NCBI GenBank assembly: GCA_051294375.1
Contig: CM119265.1
Coordinates: 16,684,005 to 16,748,004, forward strand
DNA: 64,000 bases
Direction of reading: 5' to 3'
DNA from: Paraspadella gotoi
Lineage: Eukaryota; Animalia; Chaetognatha
Positions 1-13,400 of the stretch are shown here, piece by piece. The translations under genes and the position numbers were made by a program. How positions within the stretch are numbered: the first letter of the stretch is position 1; each line of letters starts with the position of its first letter. Below the pieces are notes generated by a model that worked only from the letters and a program-made list of their open reading frames with translations, was not told the origin of the DNA and did no database searches.

Positions 1-391
1 CAAGAACGGCAAGTTTGTAGTTCTTACCAATCAAAAGTTTGCCAACTGACTCGATGAAGGTGCTCTTGCCGGCCCCGGGGGGGCCCGTCAGTCCAATCCG
101 AAATGACTTGGGGACGTCGAGATTGACGCGACGATTATGCTCGAGCACCATGGAAAGCAATTTTTTGGCATCAGCACGCTTGCGAGGGTGCACTGATTCC
201 ACCAAAGTGACACTGCGCGCGAGTGCGGCACGCTCCCCCCTAACGATACCCTCAAAAAGATCGTGGACACTTGGTTGTTTCACTTTGAAATGGGAAAAGT
301 TTGATTCCCACCGTCGAGCACAGATTGGGGTGTTCGGCAGTCCCTGATGAAATCGAAAAAAACGATTTGCCGGGAAGCAGATTTTCGACAT
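1..391 (-). CDS. MMAA: MMAA/MeaB-type mitochondrial GTPase (methylmalonyl-CoA mutase chaperone), 5' part; runs off the window start
   Basis: Not in the ORF track. Minus frame from ATG 391 reads MSKICFPANRFFRFHQG...GERAALARSVTLVES...SFRIGLTGPPGAGKSTFIESVGKLL, i.e. MeaB/ArgK signature, P-loop and an Arg-rich presequence. Confidence 0.9.
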   Translation of the reverse strand, partial: MSKICFPANRFFRFHQGLPNTPICARRWESNFSHFKVKQPSVHDLFEGIVRGERAALARSVTLVESVHPRKRADAKKLLSMVLEHNRRVNLDVPKSFRIGLTGPPGAGKSTFIESVGKLLIGKNYKLAVL

Positions 392-441
392 TTTTTAAAA
401 TCCTGTACATGTATATGACTATGAATGAGAATGAGATAGAT

Positions 442-1722
442 CTAGGTAAGTGTAACGTTTTTTATTTTTTCTAAAATCGTCCCTATGATCTTATTCAAGT
501 ACTGTTCGGTATTTTCATCTTTGATGAACGAGGGAAAAACGTTGAGTGTAAAATCGGGTCCAAAGCGCTCAAACTCGGAACATTCTGCAGGGACTTCTTC
601 GGAAATTTCTTTCTCCAAAATTGCAGCTGTCAATAGGGTCCAGCATTTGGCAGTATTCACGTGATTATAACCGCCTCCGCCTAAGACTAAAGTAGGAACT
701 GGGCAAAATCCTCTCAATGACTCCAAACAACGCCGCATGCCTAATGGAGTAAGATTAAAGGCGAGGTTGGGATCGCCGGAAATGCAATCAGCGCCGCACT
801 GTACGACGACGGCATCTGGTAAAAATTTTTTTGAGACTTCGCCGACTATTTTACAAAAAGTATAGACATATTTGTCGTCCCCGATTCCGTTTTTAAGCGG
901 AACGTTTACGCAGTGACCCAGACCCTTGCCGATACCCTCCTCGTCGACGCCGCCGGTGCCAGGAAAAAATCCCGCCTCAAATTTGTGAAGCGAAACCGTG
1001 AAGACCGAGTTAGTGTGCCGAAAGGCTTCTTGCACGCCGTCGCCGTGATGAAGGTCCAAGTCGATGTAAAGGATTCGATTAAAAGTCTTTGACAACTCGT
1101 GAACGGCGATTACGACGTCGTTTGCGTAGCAAAATCCCGAGGCTCGATCCCGGTGTGCGTGGTGCCAACCGCCCATCCAATTTATGGCGATACCGCACCG
1201 ACCTTGCGTAAGGGAGCGGGCAGCCGCTAGGGAAGCGCCGACGCAAAGTTGGACAAAATCAAACGTTCTCTTCGTCGGGGGACAGTCGTAGGCCAAACCG
1301 AAGTCCTCGCCGGATTGGTCGACGTCGTCGTCTTCGTCAGCGGCGTTTGAATCGCGTAAGTAATTGATGAATGACGAATCGTGAAAGGAAATCAATTCGT
1401 CGTAAGAAGCCAAATCTGGTTTAATGATCCTCGTCTCCTTCAGCAATCCGTAACTCTGAACGAGCGAATGGAGCAAGAGTGCTCGACCGGTAATTTGTAC
1501 CAACCCGTTGCACCGCAAAAATAATCGCTCGGAGAAGACGTAGCCGACTGATGATGGAGCTAGATAAGGTTTACTAACTGTGAGGGACGGTAGAAGGACT
1601 GGAGTGTCTCGAGAGTAATTTCCGATTTTTTTACGAAACCGCCCATCGAATGAGCCATTATTAGCAAGAACGTTTTCGTCGTCGTCGTCGGAATTTAAAT
1701 CGTATGCACTGCAATGGGACAT
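442..1722 (-). CDS. HDAC8: Class I histone deacetylase 8, intronless
   Basis: GLAYDCP, AINWMGGWHHAHRDRASGFCYAND, YIDLDLHHGDGVQ, GGGGY motifs; WxGGWHH is HDAC8-typical. Likely ATG 1722, directly after TTCCAG. Confidence 0.93.
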   Translation of the reverse strand: MSHCSAYDLNSDDDDENVLANNGSFDGRFRKKIGNYSRDTPVLLPSLTVSKPYLAPSSVGYVFSERLFLRCNGLVQITGRALLLHSLVQSYGLLKETRIIKPDLASYDELISFHDSSFINYLRDSNAADEDDDVDQSGEDFGLAYDCPPTKRTFDFVQLCVGASLAAARSLTQGRCGIAINWMGGWHHAHRDRASGFCYANDVVIAVHELSKTFNRILYIDLDLHHGDGVQEAFRHTNSVFTVSLHKFEAGFFPGTGGVDEEGIGKGLGHCVNVPLKNGIGDDKYVYTFCKIVGEVSKKFLPDAVVVQCGADCISGDPNLAFNLTPLGMRRCLESLRGFCPVPTLVLGGGGYNHVNTAKCWTLLTAAILEKEISEEVPAECSEFERFGPDFTLNVFPSFIKDENTEQYLNKIIGTILEKIKNVTLT

Positions 1723-1903
1723 CTGGAATAAGCCCAACTCTGAAATCTTTGATCGAATATCGTATATTGTAAAAAAAGAGTAGATAAATTCCTGGCACAA
1801 TTTGATAATTTAATTTCATGATTAAAAAAAAACGAACCCAAACGCCAAAAAAAGTTTTATAAAACATCACATTTTCAGTCTGTTAAAAGAAAAAAATGGA
1901 GCT

Positions 1904-2359
1904 TCACTTGCAGATGCCGATGACCCCGCAAGCCAGCCTGGCGCCAGCATTCCCTGTAATGAGGCTAAGATCATGGCCTCCTTTGCCAAGATCGTCGACG
2001 TCGGCGTGAACGACCACAGCTCGACCGACGATGCTGTTAGACCCTGTCAGCGATATTTTCCTGTCGGAAATTTTGACACGAGCGACGCCGTCTTCGCCGG
2101 CTTCTACGTTGCCGAGGTCACCGACATGGCGCTCTTCGTCCCCAGGGGCGCCATGGGTCTTGTCAGAGGGATTGAAGTGACCTCCGGCAGATGTGCACCC
2201 GTTAGTGTGGTCCCCGAATTCGTGGATGTGAAAGCCGTGCAGCCCGGGAGCGAGACCCTTAATCTCCCCGCTAACTTCGACGACATCGCCCGTCTGAGCA
2301 AAGTTAACCACACCTTTGACTTGCTCGCCGACGAGAACACAGACAGATTTTACAGACAT
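1904..2359 (-). CDS. SOD1: Cu/Zn superoxide dismutase, cytosolic, intronless
   Basis: [42 protein letters not shown]; ATG 2359. Confidence 0.97.
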   Translation of the reverse strand: MSVKSVCVLVGEQVKGVVNFAQTGDVVEVSGEIKGLAPGLHGFHIHEFGDHTNGCTSAGGHFNPSDKTHGAPGDEERHVGDLGNVEAGEDGVARVKISDRKISLTGSNSIVGRAVVVHADVDDLGKGGHDLSLITGNAGARLACGVIGICK

Positions 2360-2802
2360 AATGAATTGTGATTGGCGAAGCTTTTCGCTACGAGGTAAGT
2401 ACTGAAATTGTTCATCAAAGGAGAATTGCATAAGTGGTCAATTTTCAACGATTCCGTTAATTTTAGCACACAATTTAAAATAATTAGACCAGCAGCTTCA
2501 AACACAAATTTGACTCGAATCCAACTACTTATCTTACTGATATTCCAACATAGTAAATGAGTAAATAAATTTATGTAGTTTCGTAATAATCAACGAAGAA
2601 TATAGTACGCATTAGAGGTCAAAAGTCTAATTTAAAAAGCAAATTATCAACTTTTAAAACTTATTCAGGATAGACGTATCCCAATTAGACGTATCCCAAA
2701 TATCCCAAACACAAAACTAGTAATATCGTTTAATGTTAATGCTTTCACAGCCAGAAATGTAAATAAAATTTTAAGTGCTATGTACGTATTTTCCAAAATT
2801 AC

Positions 2803-5800
2803 TTAAGATTTAACATGTTCCAACATGCAGTGTTTTGGATTGCAATAAACGTGGTCGTAAGCTGGCAAACAATCGGTCAATGAACATGTCATTTCTTGCC
2901 AAGGTAAAACGTGAGCATTTGTCAAAATCTCTCCAGGCGTAACGTGAAAACGAATGGGAACGCGTGTAAGGCGTCGTTTCGACACGATATTACCTCGCGC
3001 CGATATCTCCACGTAGGGTACGAGCGGAAGTTCTTTGACACCTTGAACACGGTTAAATATTACGCTACCGCGCCGATCGCGTGCCGCACAAATTTCATCC
3101 AACTGGAAAAATCGCCACAAGGAATGGGAGGGCGAAACCGTGTCGGAATCAAACCCGATCGGCTTGTCCGTCCGTTTAAATGACTTATCGGGAGATTGCG
3201 AGGGAGTCAGAGATCGCAGAAGATCGGGAAAGGAGATTTTGTTTTCTGACTGGCCACTCGCCGGACTCGATTCTGCCGCGCGAGTTTTATTCCGTCGTCG
3301 CGAGCTGACGAATGGCGACTTGATGACATTTGAGAAAGAATCTTCGGAAAAAGGAGGTAATCGTTCTCCGTTTCCTTGAGCAGACGCCGCCACTGAAGAC
3401 TCTGCGTCGCCGCTACCACCGCGATCAACGCAGAGAGTCGATTCTCGGGAGGACAGCGATCTTCTCAACGGCGTCAAACTTTTAGACTTTCGTGAGCAGA
3501 GTTGTTTTTGTAACTTGCGCATCTTCCACAAACGAAAGGCGTCTTGGAGAACGACTGCAGCAGCTCGGACTCGCAGGAAGTGACGTCGATCTTTCAGTCT
3601 TCGAAAGAAATTGGTGATGATGGCGGCCGCGGCCTTAGCTCGTTCCACACCGCGCCTCACAACGGCGCCGCGGTAGTGACTTTGAACAGCGACTACGGCG
3701 CGTTTTACTTTTTCAAAGCGGCACCGCGCGAGATAGCCTCGAAAGCTGGCTTGAATAAGGACCGCGCAATTGATTCTCCGACGGTGACAGAAACGCCGCC
3801 ACGCACACTGAATGATGAAGGCTTTGTCGTGAAGCCTTTGCTCGCGACGCTCCTCCAAAGTTTGAAACTGCGTCTCCGACAAAAAAATTTTTGATTTTCC
3901 TGCCATAACGCGATCGGTTTCGGATTCAGAAAAGACATCTGTCATAATCGACATGACCTCAATTCGTTTAGGGTCTCTCAACATCGTTGAAGTTGGTTTG
4001 TTCACTGGACTATTTATCCGGGGCGGAAGTTTCGCTGGACTCCTCGCGGGACTTTTTACAGGACTTCTGGAAGGACTCCTGGAGCTGGAGAGACCGACAG
4101 GGGATGTAGTTTTTCTTTTCTGTGGCATCTTTAATCCCTCGTAGGTAACTCTCCTCTTACGGCGATGTCTAGCTACCGAAGTGATCCCAGTAGCCTCCGT
4201 TTCCTCGACCGACCCTGGAATAACGTCCGGCATTTCCGGCTTAAATTTTAGTCTTAACACCCGGTAGCGACGCAGAAACTCGTCGAAAGTGAGGCGAACA
4301 GGACAAAGACGTTTTGAAATTGCAACAGTTTCAAGGACGCCGGTGGCACACAGCTGCTGCCTCACCGTGGCGATCTCGAACATGGAGACGCCAGCGTTAA
4401 CGGGTTCCATGCCATGAAAGAAGCCAGGGTTCAACGGGGAGGGTTTGATGCAGCGGATGTAATGCGGGGTCGTCGCTCGGAGGTGTTGCATTAAAGAATC
4501 AAGGGAGGATTTAAATTTTGATAGGAGAGTCTGGCGACGGCTCTCACCTACAAAGTAAGGAAATTCATTGGTCGTTTTATAGGTAAAGTTCAATACAAAA
4601 CAAATAAATTTTCGATTAAAATATAACCTGGCAACAGGTTTGGATTTTCCCAACCAGCGAACATTTCTTTTAAGAACCAACTCTCCGACTCTTCGACCAA
4701 ATCAACGAGATCCTGAGCAACTTTGTCTCGATTTTTTTCCACCATATCTTCGAGGGAATATTCGACTTTGCCCGCGTAGTGAAAGACTGTGAAAGCCTCT
4801 TCTGGAGTTCGATGTCGGACGAGTTCAGGCGTTCGAATCGGCGAAGAGGTACCCGAGGGAACGCGTTTAAGGACTGGGCTGCTCAGATCTTGAATTCGTT
4901 GAGCCAATCGGAGATTATCAATGTCTCGGTTTAACTGACATTCCTCGTTTAGCATGCCTCAATGGAAAAACAAAAGAATTGTATTAAAATAATAAAGTAA
5001 ACAGCTAAATGAAAGTCTTACCTATAACACTGTCCGGACCTTTCTCCAAAGCTTCAAGACAAGGACGATTGTCGTTGTAATCAATATCGATCCAATCGAT
5101 TTCCTCTCGCCTGATATCTTCTTGTAATTGCTGCAAAATTGGATAGTAAAAATTGATGCTAGCTCCTCTAAAAAAAATAATTATAATACCTTTAGTTGTT
5201 AACACATATTTTAAAGCATATAAAAATAATTCAATTTTTACCTGCAAATATTGATGAACGTAAAGTTGCTGTAATTTTTCATTGGCAAAATTAATGCAGA
5301 GTTGTTCCAAACTGTTGTAGTCTAAGATTTCGAATCCGTAAATGTCAAGGAGACCGATGCGTGAAAATGTTTTTGTTTCCTTAGTTACGAGTGAATTAAC
5401 GTAGGCGATGATCCACTCGAATAGCCTAGTGTAGAGAAGCTTGCAGAGAGCGTCTCGTTTATGTTTACTATCTTCTACGGTGCAGCGGCCGATTACTGTG
5501 CTGGTTCTCTTCATTCGAGTCGTACTAAAAAAAAAAAACAAAAAAAAAAAAACGAAGCGCATTATGCAGATGTAAATAAGCGAAAGGTTCAGTTAGCAGT
5601 ACCTAAACTTTCTCGTCGTCAAGACAAAACGCAAAGCCTCTGGTAGCAACTTGAGCAACGAAGCGGCAGAGTCGAGTGCCTCATCGTCATTCTTCCTTTC
5701 TTTTTCGTCGGCGTCGTCATCCACAAAATCTATTTCGCCGAGATGCAAGATGGCGGCAAGGACGGCGAAAATTTCCCCGACTTGGTCTTCACTCATCTCG

Positions 5801-6985
5801 GCGTCGCGCATTGCTGCCAGCGTCGTCTCGAAATCTTCCGCGTCGGCTTCCGTTCTCAAAGAGGAGTTGCGCGCCAAACGAAATTTTTCGGCGATGTTTT
5901 CTAGACCAAAACGCCGCGCAAAACCTTCCTCGCCGCCACCGCTGGCCAGCAGCTGGTAGAAAACGTGAAAGTTTCTCTCTTTAGGCGCTTGCCGCACGAC
6001 GCGAGTGCTCTCCAGCAAATAGGTCTCCACTTTACCACCGAGGGTGAATGCGCCTCGGTCGAACTGAAGCTGCACAAATTTGCCGAACCGCGACGAGTTG
6101 TCGTTGCGCTGAGTCGAGGCGTTGCCAAACGCCTCTATTACTGGGGTTGAGGCCATCAGGTGTTTTCGAATCAGAAAAGCCGGAAAAGTTGCCGATGGGC
6201 AACCCGGTGAGCAAAAGCCTGGAAAAAAAGGAAAAAACGTTTAGTGGTTTAAATAAATAACTAACGACTTCAAAAATAGTCTACCAGTGTCTGGAGTGGA
6301 AGCTCGACTTTGATCCTCGTAATTAGAGGCATTTTCACCTCCGTTGCGGCCTCCAACAGCCGCGAGGTATTTCATCAAGTATCTCGTAGATTCAGTTTTT
6401 CCGGCGCCGGACTCGCCGGAGACGATCACCGATTGGTCTACCGATTTTCCCAGACTGATAACATTAATACGCTTTTAAAGATCTATCTAAAAAATAGTTA
6501 GCCTATTCATCGCACTAACCCGTGAACCATGCTGAAAAATGCCCACTTTGCAACAGAAAAAACGTGCGGGGCCATGGATTTGAGGGGACCGTCGTGAGTG
6601 TGATATTCCCAGATTCGTTTCGTTGAGTAGAGCGCGGGAAAATCGCGCAGGGGGTTGAGAGCTAAGAGCGCTACTCCGGCCCACGTGTAGAAGTTGCAGT
6701 TCTCGTAACGTGTCTCCAGACATTGTAACACTAACGACTGGTTTAGCGGCTGAAGGGTCGTCAAATCGTCTACTTTTGTCAGATCTGTGCCAGATACACA
6801 AACAAAAAAATATATAAGAATAACCGTTAAAAATTTAACGAAATTTTCCGATTTTTCTCAAACTTACCTGAAACTCGCAAAGAAGTCACATCTCGCCCAT
6901 CATACGCCTTATCACCCGAGGGGTTTTTCTTCTTCTTTGGCTTAGGGGGAGGTGGAGGAGGCATCGCCTTCGAACGACTGGACAT
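2803..6985 (-). CDS. MYO19: Unconventional myosin, probably class XIX (mitochondria-associated), multi-exon
   Basis: GESGAGKT P-loop, [42 protein letters not shown], several IQ motifs, short tail with RVPIRFH resembling the MYO19 tail. ATG 6985. Class assignment is less certain than the myosin call. Confidence 0.78.
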
Positions 6986-7252
6986 TTTCTATATCATCTT
7001 AATTTCAAACGCAAATAAAAATCGCGAATAATTTTTGTAGCGAATTGTAATAATAAATAAATAAATAAACAAATTAATAAATTCCGCTCATCAATACTAG
7101 TAATTCAAAACAAAACGCTTTCAAGCCCCTTTCAATTTTTGTTGTTTCACAATTATCTGATAATTTAAGCTTGACCCCGACGTGGGATGATTCGCAATGA
7201 TAAAAGCAAAATTACCGCAGTCTTTATTCAAATATCCCTAGTGGTCGACAGT

Positions 7253-8130
7253 TCAAACACTTCTCTCTGGAGTGTTGATGTAGACTCTCTTGAAGGAATC
7301 AAATGCAATAAAGACGCAGGTCCTGACCACACCGCGGAGAATGTTGACGCCGGCGCCCTTCATCATCGACATGAAAGCCTCGTTCTTGAGGATCTGCGCG
7401 GCGCAATCAATGGATCCCTTGTACTTGACCGCCGGTGCCCGACGTCATCATCATGCGTCGACGAATTGTGTCGATGGGGTAGGACATCAAAGCAGCGGTC
7501 ACCGTGACACCATAACCCAAACAGAAGAACACCAAGAGACCGGCATCGGGGCCGAGAAGGATCGGCTTCAGAGAATCGTAGAGACCGAAGTACATCCCTC
7601 GGTAAACGAAGATGCCAACGCAGGAGATGACGAACCCGCCGTAGAGGCCTTGGATGCCGTCTTGCTGTACACGTCGATGAAACCCTTGTACTGACGTTCG
7701 CCGCCCTTGGCGTCATTGGCCAAATGCGTTCGGGCGAAATCCAACGAATACACGAACAAAAGAGACAAGGAACCGGCATCTTCCGGAGAGAATATTTGAA
7801 CCGAATTTGGTCACCTAAGAAGCGTCTATGGGGACGTTGAAAGCCTCCTTCACCTTGTCATTGAACGCGAAATTGAGAGCCGGCGCCGGAAAGTATCGCA
7901 GGCAATTGGCCATATTGCCGCGCCAAAGCGGGTAGACGTCATCGGTTCTGATGTGCGCAGTCGATCACACCCTTATAAGGTTTGTCAAGACGAACTTGTT
8001 TGATCATTTCATCTTGGTTTTGAACGAGCAGCTTGACTCTCTCGATAGGGGCGGAATTCGTCTTAGATAAGACAGCAGCAACGCCTGAGAGTGCGAAATT
8101 CTCAGCGAATACCAATTTCTTGTCGGCCAT
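7253..8130 (-). pseudogene. ADP/ATP translocase pseudogene, intronless
   Basis: [63 protein letters not shown] spread over different frames; about four frameshifting deletions and an in-frame TAG near 7816. Confidence 0.9.
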
Positions 8131-9674
8131 TTTAGAATGCGGTCTTTTCCCCTTAGAATTTTAAACAAATTGAATGTACTCAATAATTGAAAAAAAGAAC
8201 CATAATGATAATACAACTAACAGTTTAGGAAAACCGTTATGACGCAAAAAGACGATTAAAGCAACTGTTTAAAAATTTTAAGTCTTCCAACACATAAAAT
8301 GGGAACGAAAATATTTCTGCCTTCTTCAGCTTCCAGAATTTGTAAATTTACTAAATTTATTTTTTAACATTTTTTAAAAAAAATTTTGCAAATTGAAAAA
8401 AAAAAACGTACATGGTGACCATTTGTAACCTGTAAAGATTTTATCATTTTGAAAAAAGATTTATGAAAACAAAATGAATATATTTTTTTATGTATAGATA
8501 TAATATCCTTCAGTTTACTTTTAGTTGAACAGTGAGTGGTAAAAGTTATTTGGAAAATGACCTCCCTGATCGATTGCTCAATGTTTTTAAATAAAAAATC
8601 TGTCTTATTTTTCAGCACGATTTTTTAAAAAAATATTTAAAAAAATATATATCCCTATCAGAACATACAATTCTACTTTGTAGTCTTAACCCTCAACAAT
8701 AACGAATCATAAATAACCTTAATTCCATAACAAATTATCCTCTCCACCCTTTTCTGTTCAGACTTTTAAATATTTTGAAATTCTCAATAAATGACTTCTT
8801 AACAAGAATGAGGTCTAATATCTAATTAGAAAACTAAGGCAGAAAATAACTTTTAACTTTGTGTTGTATAGATGTTCCCTCTTTTTCCAGAAAACAACAC
8901 TAACGTCCCTCTCCCCATAACATTATAAAAGAATATACTATAAATCAAGAATATAATTAAATATAATATATAGTAAAATTTATTGAATTCTTACATATAT
9001 TTTAAAATTGTAATATAAAATTTATTCAAATTTATTAAATACTTACATTTATTTTACAATTTTAAAATTTAATTTAGTAAAACAAATAATCTTGCAATTT
9101 TTCAAATACTATATGCTAATTTTCATATTACAGTTAGAAATAATATTAAAGAAATTCAAACAAAAAATATTTGAATCGATATGAAACATTTTAAAAGATC
9201 TTGATGATGAGAAGCTTCCTACAAATGCACACTTTTACAATTTTCAATTATAAAAAATTGTAAAAAAGTATAATAACATTGACAATGTCACTAAAAATAG
9301 TGACCTATTCACCGCGACCACTCGCTGGACTCACCTAATTTAGTAGTGGGTAGAGACCATGCGTACGACAGCATGACCTAGGGTACACGACACACCAATA
9401 GTCACAAAATCATAAAAATGTATTCATCTTATCATAAAATGTATGCATCTTATCTTTATATATCTTTTTTAAAAATATTAAAATCTTTATACTTTTTTTT
9501 CTAGCGGCGGTCTCAAATGGCCACGACGTATTATTTCTTAACTTGAATATATATATATTACATATATATCTAAGTTCAATTTCATAATTAGAAACTGAAA
9601 ATATGCCGCGTGAAATATTATAATAATTTTTAAAATATATTTAATCTGTCTTTTTTATATCTTATAAATAAATA

Positions 9675-10250
9675 CAGAAGGCTTCATATTATAAAATGAG
9701 GTACCCCTTTTTTGTGACCAGAACGTTCCGAGAAAACTACTGGACCAAATTTATTGAAATTTAGTATGAACGAGCCCTATGTGAATACAAATAGAACTAT
9801 GGAGGTGAATTTCAATATTTGACCCCTGAACCGAGATATGGGGCTCCGGAAGGGTCACCCTTAGCGGCAAAAAATTATCAAAATTTTTTTTTTAAATTTA
9901 AAATTTTAATATTTTAAAATTTAAAAAAAATTTTTCATTATTTTTGTTTTGAACAGTTGCATAGACGTTTACTTTTCCACAAAAACGTATTTAAAACTAT
10001 TTATTACCACAAAAATATTAGTTTACCTTAATTTTTAGCTGCATGAACTTCAAGTCAGTTTTGGAATAATTTGGGAAAATTGGAAGTAAAATGATTAACC
10101 ATGCATCTTCAAACTATGCTTAATTATTGAAAATTTTCAATTTTAGTATTAAATTTTTTTAAAATATGTTTAAAATATGTCAATGCAACTGATGCCACTA
10201 AAAAATTTCAAAAAATGAGGGTACCTCATTTTATAATATGAAGCCTTCTG
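9675..10250. mobile_element. MITE, Tc1/mariner-type non-autonomous DNA transposon
   Basis: ~32-bp perfect TIR CAGAAGGCTTCATATTATAAAATGAGGTACCC at both ends, flanked by TA on each side; no ORF. Confidence 0.85.
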
Positions 10251-10474
10251 TATAAATAATCTTGTTGAAAAAGCTTACTTGTAAATAAAAAAAATGGATT
10301 GAAAATGATGCAAAATTTCAATAGAAGGTTAACTCTCGCAAATCGAAATTTATTTGATACAAATTTACAAAACAAAGGTTAGGAGGGGCTACAAACGTGT
10401 AATCATTTATTTATCATCAATAACTTCAGCTTCCTGTTCTCCAACAATCTTTATGGCACTTATATTACAATATA

Positions 10475-13400
10475 TCAAAATTTCTTAACCCTATCATCAA
10501 ACCCATATACTTTTCTATAAGCATCATTTTCAATCAGTATGGATTTTAAAATATCTATCGGTAAGTAAGTTGTCTTTATTATTTTTTCATTCCCCCCACA
10601 AAGCAAGGCGGGCATAAGCTCGTCGACGTCAACCTTTCCATGTTTCGCTATTGTATCTCTCATCTTTGGTGGAACTCCTCTTCTCGTCGTCGAAGTCACG
10701 TTTCTTCGAACGTGTTCCTCCGTTTCGCGCTTTCTACGTTCGAAGGTTTCGATGCATTGGTGTCTGCGATTTTGATGTTGATTCTGTAGCGTCTGAATTT
10801 GAGCGTCGTGCTTTCGTCGAAGTTGTGCCCCGACTCTGAACATGTACTCTTTCGGTTGGCGCTCAGCCTTGAGCCTATGATCCAAAAGGTGGACCTCGTG
10901 TTGCTGCTCCATTTGGCAGAGTTGAAGTTGAGCTTCGTACTCGGACTGGAAATGTTTGAGCAATTGCTTCAATTGAGCGTCCACGTCCTCCAACTCGCGC
11001 TCCAACACGCCGTCGACGCACTTCTGAGCTATGATTTCCTCGTCAGATTTCCTTTCGTCCGTCGTTCGTTTTCTCTTGCGCCCGACCCGTGCCCTCATTC
11101 CCAGCTCTGTCTCCGCCGAACGATACAAGGCGAATTCGTTGCGTTCAAGAAGCGACCGCCCCACTAAAAGGTCGCCGTTCTTTTTGAGCCGACGCTTGCG
11201 AAAGTTAGAAATGGTCAAGTTGTGATCTTGCTTGGGAAATTCGGCTAATTTCCACTTTTCCCTAACTAAACGAGACATCTCATCCTCGTTCTCGATTTTA
11301 ACAGTTTTTTTAGCCCCGTCCTCATCGTAAATCTGAATGACCTTTGGCCCTATTTCGGGAAGAATCTCCTCGACGATACTAAGTCCAGTATCACCTTGAT
11401 TCGAACCGAGTTCGTTCCATATTTTCGAATCCCAAGTTCCATCTCGGCGTAGGATCACACTAGTAGCAGAAGTCCTGGAAAGGATTTCGGCCACGAGCGC
11501 ATCAGTTTCGAACGTTTTCACACTTTTCCTACAAAGCGGGCAAGTCTCGTCCCCAATATTGACATTTTTAAAAATAAATAAGCTGGAAATGTCAAGAGTT
11601 TCCACATGCAAGCAGGAATTTGCTTTAACTGGATGATGTAACCTTTCCAAGCTGAGGGGACAGAGCAGACTCAAAATATAATCGTCCGAGTCTTGGTTGT
11701 TTTCAAACCATTTACGAATAAATGAGGATTGCTCGCGAGTATCCCATCGAAAGATTGCATTAACTTCCGACTCTGCTACCCTGATAACCCTCGGACCCTT
11801 GAAAGAGGTTCTCGAATCGGATTTACAACCTATCGTCTCCTTTTCTAACGGCCTTTTTTCTGCGTCCTCGAAATCTTCAACGTGGATTCCATCGGAATCT
11901 GAATTTATCGCTTCGACGGACGGTGGACCAATGGATAATATGTCAGGTTCCACCGCAATGATTGCCTTCGAAGATGAGGCGGCCGGGGATTTTTTGCCTT
12001 CTGAAGTTACAACGGGAGATGTTGCATCTGACGAGGGTACTTTTAGAGATGAGGTTACTTCTGTTGCGTAGGCACCTGCTTTGGATACTTCGGTAGCAAC
12101 GTCAACACATGAAGAAACAACAGACGAGGATAAGATAGGCGATTCTTTGGGAGGCACGGTTGCGGTAAGGGGGGCAATGTCGGTTGAGGCTAAATGGGAA
12201 TCTGCAGATACAGGTTTTCCCGAGTTCGCAACGAGCGAGTCAGGATCGTTCCGAAATTCTCCCAAACAAATGACGGATTCGTCAGACTGGGAGTCCTCAA
12301 CGTTTAAAACGGCATCGAGAAACTCTGGTTCAATATCAGGATTTTGCACGACCGTCTTTTCGCCTGGATCTTCTTTAATTATACAAACCTCTTTGTCTTT
12401 TGGTGGACTTAAGTCCCTGCTTACCCCAGGGTTTTTTTCGACGTCTTCAACGCCGTCATCGTCAGTCTCGATCCCATCAGAATCGTCCCTGTCGGCGGAT
12501 GATTGAGGATAATTCGACCTAAGGCACAAACGCTTTGTCGGAGGGGAGTTGTCTTCTCCCAAGAGCCTTCTAGAGATTTCGTCGAAATCTTCTTCGGAAA
12601 AGCAATTAACGGGGTCTCCATCGCCTCCGCTTCCTAAGTCTCCATAGAGCAGATCGTCTTCTAGAATTTCTTCGTCGGATTTACCTTGGTTGTACCCTTC
12701 AAATATACTTGAAGTGTAGCTCTCCTCCGCGTTGGAAGGCGGAAACTGGCCAATCTGAGTTTCCTGTTGCGGCAAGATTCGGCGGTTTTGGTCCGGCATT
12801 GCATCGTCGATCGAAGTGTCGTTGAACGAAATCGGTCTGAAAGGAATCCGTTTGAAACGGCGAGATTCGGTATCATTTTTTGCGGCGACAATGGGCGTAG
12901 AAGTGTAATTCGGCTCGCGTGTTTCGCAGAAAGACTCGCATTTCGCAGAAGTTTCCACTGACAGCAAGTCGAGCTCTTCGTTTGGCTGCTCAGTATTGAC
13001 AATGGCGAACAGTTCCGGGGCCGCCGGTTCGGAAGAGGACGGAATATTTACCGCTTCCTCTTTGTTAATAGCATCCGGCTTGACGCTATCGTTGGAGCAA
13101 TCGACCTTGAGTTTGACAGTCACAGAATTTTCAGCTTTCGTAGTGAAAACCTCTGGGGACAGTGCAGGAGGCGTTGTACTTCGGTCGCTCGCCAGATTGT
13201 TGACATTTATCACTGTAAACCACAAAATCGTTAAATTTACAAATCTTTCTACAATTCAAATATATATCGTACGTATATTGTATATCAATAATTTACCAGT
13301 AGCTTGTCCATCAAAGGATGAGTTTTCATCATCGCCTTCGTGAAGAGAAGGATCATCCTCATACAAAAAATCGAGATCATTCTCAATATTAATCTCACGA

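Noticed and set aside
39-347. Plus-strand 102-aa ORF and the many other plus-strand ORFs overlapping genes
   Set aside because: Antisense shadows of minus-strand coding regions (here MMAA); no recognisable motifs
2671-2710. Short tandem duplication TAGACGTATCCCAA
   Set aside because: Two and a half copies in a UTR or spacer; likely slippage, not an array
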